Shown in pieces: positions 60,687 to 64,000 of a DNA stretch of 64,000 nucleotides. This stretch comes from Amphiscolops sp. MND2022 (taxonomy: Eukaryota): the NCBI GenBank assembly GCA_964187785.1, contig OZ076409.1, positions 88,600,001 to 88,664,000 of the forward strand, given 5' to 3'. The first letter of the stretch is position 1, and each line of letters starts with the position of its first letter. A model generated the notes under the pieces. The model did no database searches and was not told the DNA's origin. It saw only the letters and a program-made list of their open reading frames with translations. Made by a program: the position numbers and the translations under genes.

Positions 60687-61710
60687 ATGGACAGGCTATC
60701 AGGAATTGATGAGCATTCAAGCTGCAGTCAAGACTTTACCATGAATCTCATTTCAAATACTTCCATGGAGACTTTTCCCGAAAAGACATTGTCCAGTTTT
60801 ACTACTCTTTTACCGACACCAATTCATCTTTCGGGCGAGTGGCAGGCAGGTGGCTTTACTGGAGATTGCTTGGCCCAATAGCGTTCAAAATGTTACTGTG
60901 GGAGAATTTACGGTACACAAACGAAACATACAGCCACCGGTCGAGAAGCGACCACGCAAGCACAACCGACCCGGTGCGATTTCAATGGCGATTCCTGCAG
61001 CATTCGATCGTCAATCTCCTCCGACTCTCCCTTTTTACGCTGCTCCTGTAAAGCACCGCTTAAAACCGGGTTGTTACACATCCGTGGATTCAATTTTAGC
61101 ATCAATCACAAAAATTGCCATGGGAGAGAAACAAAATGGAAGAAAACGAAGCCCATCGTCTCCTGACAATATCTCGTCACTTTTGTCATGGAAAGTTGAT
61201 AATGTAACCAGAAAACTACAAGTGAAATTTTGCGGAAATCACAAACAACGTGGATTGAGAATTTCCACCGAGTCCAATGATTTGCGAAACATTTTGGGCA
61301 CGGATGTAATCATTGATTGTGGTGACTTCCCTAGAGAAACTGAAGAAGGGATCGTCGATTCAGAATCTGCATTGAACACAATTGTCAAGCATGTTGGAAA
61401 ATGGCCAGTTGACTTGAATGCAGGCAGCCATACCATGTTTTTGTATTGCGACCTCGTACAAAACCAAACGTTGGGCGACAAGCGAACGGCACTCTTGCGA
61501 TCGATTCCCGTTAAAAGTTTAGCATTGGCGCAGACCTTGGGAGAGATGAATCACAAAAGTTTCACCAATCTGCAGTGGAAACGTGTCATAAAACCGCAAT
61601 TTCAGTCAATCAACGTTACTCTCGCCAATGAAATGGGTCAAAAAGTGCCATTTTTGAGTTGCGGTCGCACCAATGTGACTTTGGCTTTCAGACCAACACC
61701 TCGACACTGA
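60687..61710 (+). pseudogene. Polinton minor capsid protein (penton), frameshifted
   Basis: FTMNLISNTSMETFPEKTLSSFTTLLP..IHLSGEWQ continues as VALLEIAWP after a GCAG duplication at 60842-60849. C-terminus MFLYCDLV...GD...LLRSIP...FQSINVTLANEMGQKVPF...VTLAFR. Confidence 0.8.
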
Positions 61711-61789
61711 TCAGACATCATTCATCCTGCAAATTGTGAAAAGTACAGTCGCTCAAATTGAACAATTTTATAATTTGATTGGTTTCGGA

Positions 61790-62308
61790 ATGGATGCTCA
61801 TTATGATTCACAAATTAAAGCCAATACTCACACAATGTTCAGCGGACCAGCCAGGCAGATGGGATCTGGGGGTGGCATTAGAGCTTTTGCTGTTCGAATG
61901 GGTCGTGTAGCCATACCACTAGTTAGAAAGTACATCTTACCTGTAGCAAAACAAGTCGGCAAAAACTTGATAGAAAGCGCCGTTCCTGAATTTGGACATA
62001 TTTTGGCAGGCAAGAAAAAACCTAGTCGTAAACTATTGACTAATGTCGCCAAAAGGGCTGCCATTGAAACTGTGAAGACAAACTTGCCGAGCGGCGTTGC
62101 GCTTCGGCCGGGCGGAGGCGGCGGTGGCGAGCGGAAACCCGAACCGCGGCGGTCGGCGGCGAAGGTGAAGGACGGAAGTACACGAAACGTCAAACAATCA
62201 TCATCAGACAAGAGAAAACGAAGTAATAGTCGTTCAAGCATTTCAAAGAAAGCAAGCGCCAAGAGAAGTCGGTCCGACATTTTGTCTGAAATTCAATTTT
62301 CCCAATAG
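61790..62308 (+). CDS. Polinton basic core (adenovirus pVII/pX-like) protein
   Basis: FSGPARQMGSGGG...RVAIPLV pattern, Arg/Lys/Ser-rich tail, directly upstream of the major capsid. Confidence 0.65.
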   Translation: MDAHYDSQIKANTHTMFSGPARQMGSGGGIRAFAVRMGRVAIPLVRKYILPVAKQVGKNLIESAVPEFGHILAGKKKPSRKLLTNVAKRAAIETVKTNLPSGVALRPGGGGGGERKPEPRRSAAKVKDGSTRNVKQSSSDKRKRSNSRSSISKKASAKRSRSDILSEIQFSQ

Positions 62309-62323
62309 AGAAAACTTTAGAGA

Positions 62324-63676
62324 ATGACAGCATCAGTTAACAACCTGTTTGTGGGAAATTCCATGGAAATTGCAAAACCAGTGACACACAGCGCCCTAGA
62401 CTATTTCGAAAAGCCTGAAGTAATGATAAATTACGAAGGGGCATACGATCAAGAAGTATTTCCCCATGTTGGTTGCCGCGGCCCGCAGTTGGATTTCTTT
62501 GTAGCCGCTGAAGCAAAAAATTTGATTGACTTGAATCGCATTGTTCTCAGTGTTGAGGTGGCAATCTATCAAGAGGATGGAAAAACCAAGGCAAAACCAG
62601 GTGACTTTGATGCAGTCTTTTCCAACAATACTCTCCACACGCTCTTTTCGCATGCAGAATTGTATCTCAATGGAAAGTTGATTTCTCACAGCAACAATTG
62701 CTACTTACATTCCGCCTTTGTGGAAACTGAATTAACCACCGACACTGATGGTAAAGCTTCATGGGCCAAATGTCAAGGCTACAACTATTTAGCCAAGTCC
62801 AATGAGAAAGATCAAATGTTCAACAAGCTTGCAGCTGATTTTGCCCAACTTAAAGAGTGCAAAATGCAATTATGCGGTGCTCTCCACATTGATTTTCTGG
62901 ATTGCGAAAAACTTTTACTGCCCAATGTCACTTTACATATTCGTCTTTACCGCTCGCCCAACAACACAATCATCTATCTCAAAGGCACAGATGACGAAGC
63001 GAAAGCGCACGATGGAAAAGTTTTAGCCATTGTCGAGAAGGCTTCGCTTTTTGTGAGGAAGGTTGTAGTGACTGATAGTGTCAAGTTGTCAATAGAGAGA
63101 GCACTGGTGAAAAGTGATGCAATGTATCCGTACATTGAGAGTTTGAACAAAAGTTTCATTATTCAAGCCGGGCAAAATTGTTTCATAAAGGAAAATGTTT
63201 TTGGCACCGAGCCAATTCGACGATTAACTTTGTGCATGGTTAAAAACTCATTGTTTCGAAGTACGCCACTAAACCAGTCCCCTTTCTCATACCAAAAGTT
63301 CAACTTGCAAAGAGTGGAAATCCAAAGGGGCAATGGTGTACCTTTAGCTGGGACACCATTGGATACTACCAACAATGTGAGATTGTACTACAATACGATT
63401 ACCGCTCCTGGATTCACCCAAAAGGGTAACGGTATCAGCCTTGAGGATTATACAGACAACCATTTTTTTCTCGTTTTCGACTTGACATCAACTGAAGAAG
63501 CTGGCAAGACTTTCACACTTTTCCCCGAGCTAACGGGATCCAGTTTGACTCTAAAGCTGTACTTTGAAAAAGCACTTGACGATGCTATTGAACTCTTTTT
63601 GATTGGAGAGCGATTTAGTCAAGTTTTTATTGACTCAGCGCGCAACATAAAGAAAAACAGTCCCTTTGATGGATAA
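62324..63676 (+). CDS. Polinton major capsid protein (double jelly-roll/hexon-like)
   Basis: Intact 450 aa with NNTLHTLFSHAELYLNGKLIS, LLLPNVTLHIRLYR and FFLVFDLT; sits between the core protein and the protease. Confidence 0.85.
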   Translation: MTASVNNLFVGNSMEIAKPVTHSALDYFEKPEVMINYEGAYDQEVFPHVGCRGPQLDFFVAAEAKNLIDLNRIVLSVEVAIYQEDGKTKAKPGDFDAVFSNNTLHTLFSHAELYLNGKLISHSNNCYLHSAFVETELTTDTDGKASWAKCQGYNYLAKSNEKDQMFNKLAADFAQLKECKMQLCGALHIDFLDCEKLLLPNVTLHIRLYRSPNNTIIYLKGTDDEAKAHDGKVLAIVEKASLFVRKVVVTDSVKLSIERALVKSDAMYPYIESLNKSFIIQAGQNCFIKENVFGTEPIRRLTLCMVKNSLFRSTPLNQSPFSYQKFNLQRVEIQRGNGVPLAGTPLDTTNNVRLYYNTITAPGFTQKGNGISLEDYTDNHFFLVFDLTSTEEAGKTFTLFPELTGSSLTLKLYFEKALDDAIELFLIGERFSQVFIDSARNIKKNSPFDG

Positions 63677-64000
63677 TTCTACAATACAGCAGATTGTTCT
63701 ACAGAATCCATATTTGAAAACAAGCTTTGCTGGTGTTTGGTCTGCGGACAATTTTCCGAAACAGCCGGGATGGACTAAACAACGAATATATTTGCGGAGA
63801 AGATCAAAACAATCTTTCTACTTTAGACCTCGTTTGGTTTGGTTCCAAATTGTCAACACTTCCCCATTGGGCGCAGTAGGAAAACATTGGCTGCTACTGG
63901 GAGCCGTCTCGACACAATACAAGAAAAATCAAGTTTTTGTTTGGGATTGTCTAGGTCAACCCTTGTCACGTTACAAAATTTTCTCTCAGCGTTTGAAGCT
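63669..64000 (+). CDS. Adenain-like cysteine maturation protease (runs off the window; absent from the ORF track)
   Basis: Hand translation is open to the window end: MDNSTIQQIVLQNPYLKTSFAGVWSADNFP...FQIVNTSPLGAVGKHWLLLG...VFVWDCLGQP, showing the catalytic His and Asp motifs. Confidence 0.85.
   Translation, partial: MDNSTIQQIVLQNPYLKTSFAGVWSADNFPKQPGWTKQRIYLRRRSKQSFYFRPRLVWFQIVNTSPLGAVGKHWLLLGAVSTQYKKNQVFVWDCLGQPLSRYKIFSQRLK

Larger units (their letters stand above)
55507..64000 (+). mobile_element. Polinton/Maverick (adintovirus-like endogenous virus), left 8.5 kb, in DNAH12 intron 38
   Basis: AGTAGT terminus and tandem-repeat TIR, then intronless, densely packed genes: packaging ATPase, rve integrase, penton, core protein, major capsid and adenain protease. 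pPolB and the right TIR are not in the window. Confidence 0.93.

Noticed and set aside
61828..62280. 150-aa antisense Pro-rich ORF
   Set aside because: Shadow of the GC-rich core-protein gene; no independent evidence.

Overview
AT-rich animal (invertebrate-style) genomic DNA. Bases 1-11.5 kb are decayed retroelements (Gypsy, BEL/Pao, three tandem LINE RT fragments, tRNA-like SINE heads) with a 200-N scaffold gap. From 12676 onward lies the 5' part of an axonemal inner-arm dynein heavy chain gene (DNAH12-like, + strand, 38 coding exons traced by hand, through AAA1-AAA4; the gene continues beyond the window). Its introns hold many MITEs, about 13 copies of a Helentron/DINE-1-like element, a near-complete antisense CR1/L2-type LINE (esterase ORF1, 2A/StopGo motif) and a candidate nested antisense gene for a secreted Cys-rich peptide. 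The last intron carries the left 8.5 kb of a largely intact Polinton/Maverick (adintovirus-like) endogenous virus. Its order is AGTAGT terminus, orphan ORF, PLA2-like protein, membrane protein, packaging ATPase (one nonsense codon), two ORFs, an integrase with an N-terminal PHD finger and no chromodomain, penton (4-bp frameshift), core protein, major capsid and adenain protease. All family assignments come from motif recognition by eye; no searches were run.
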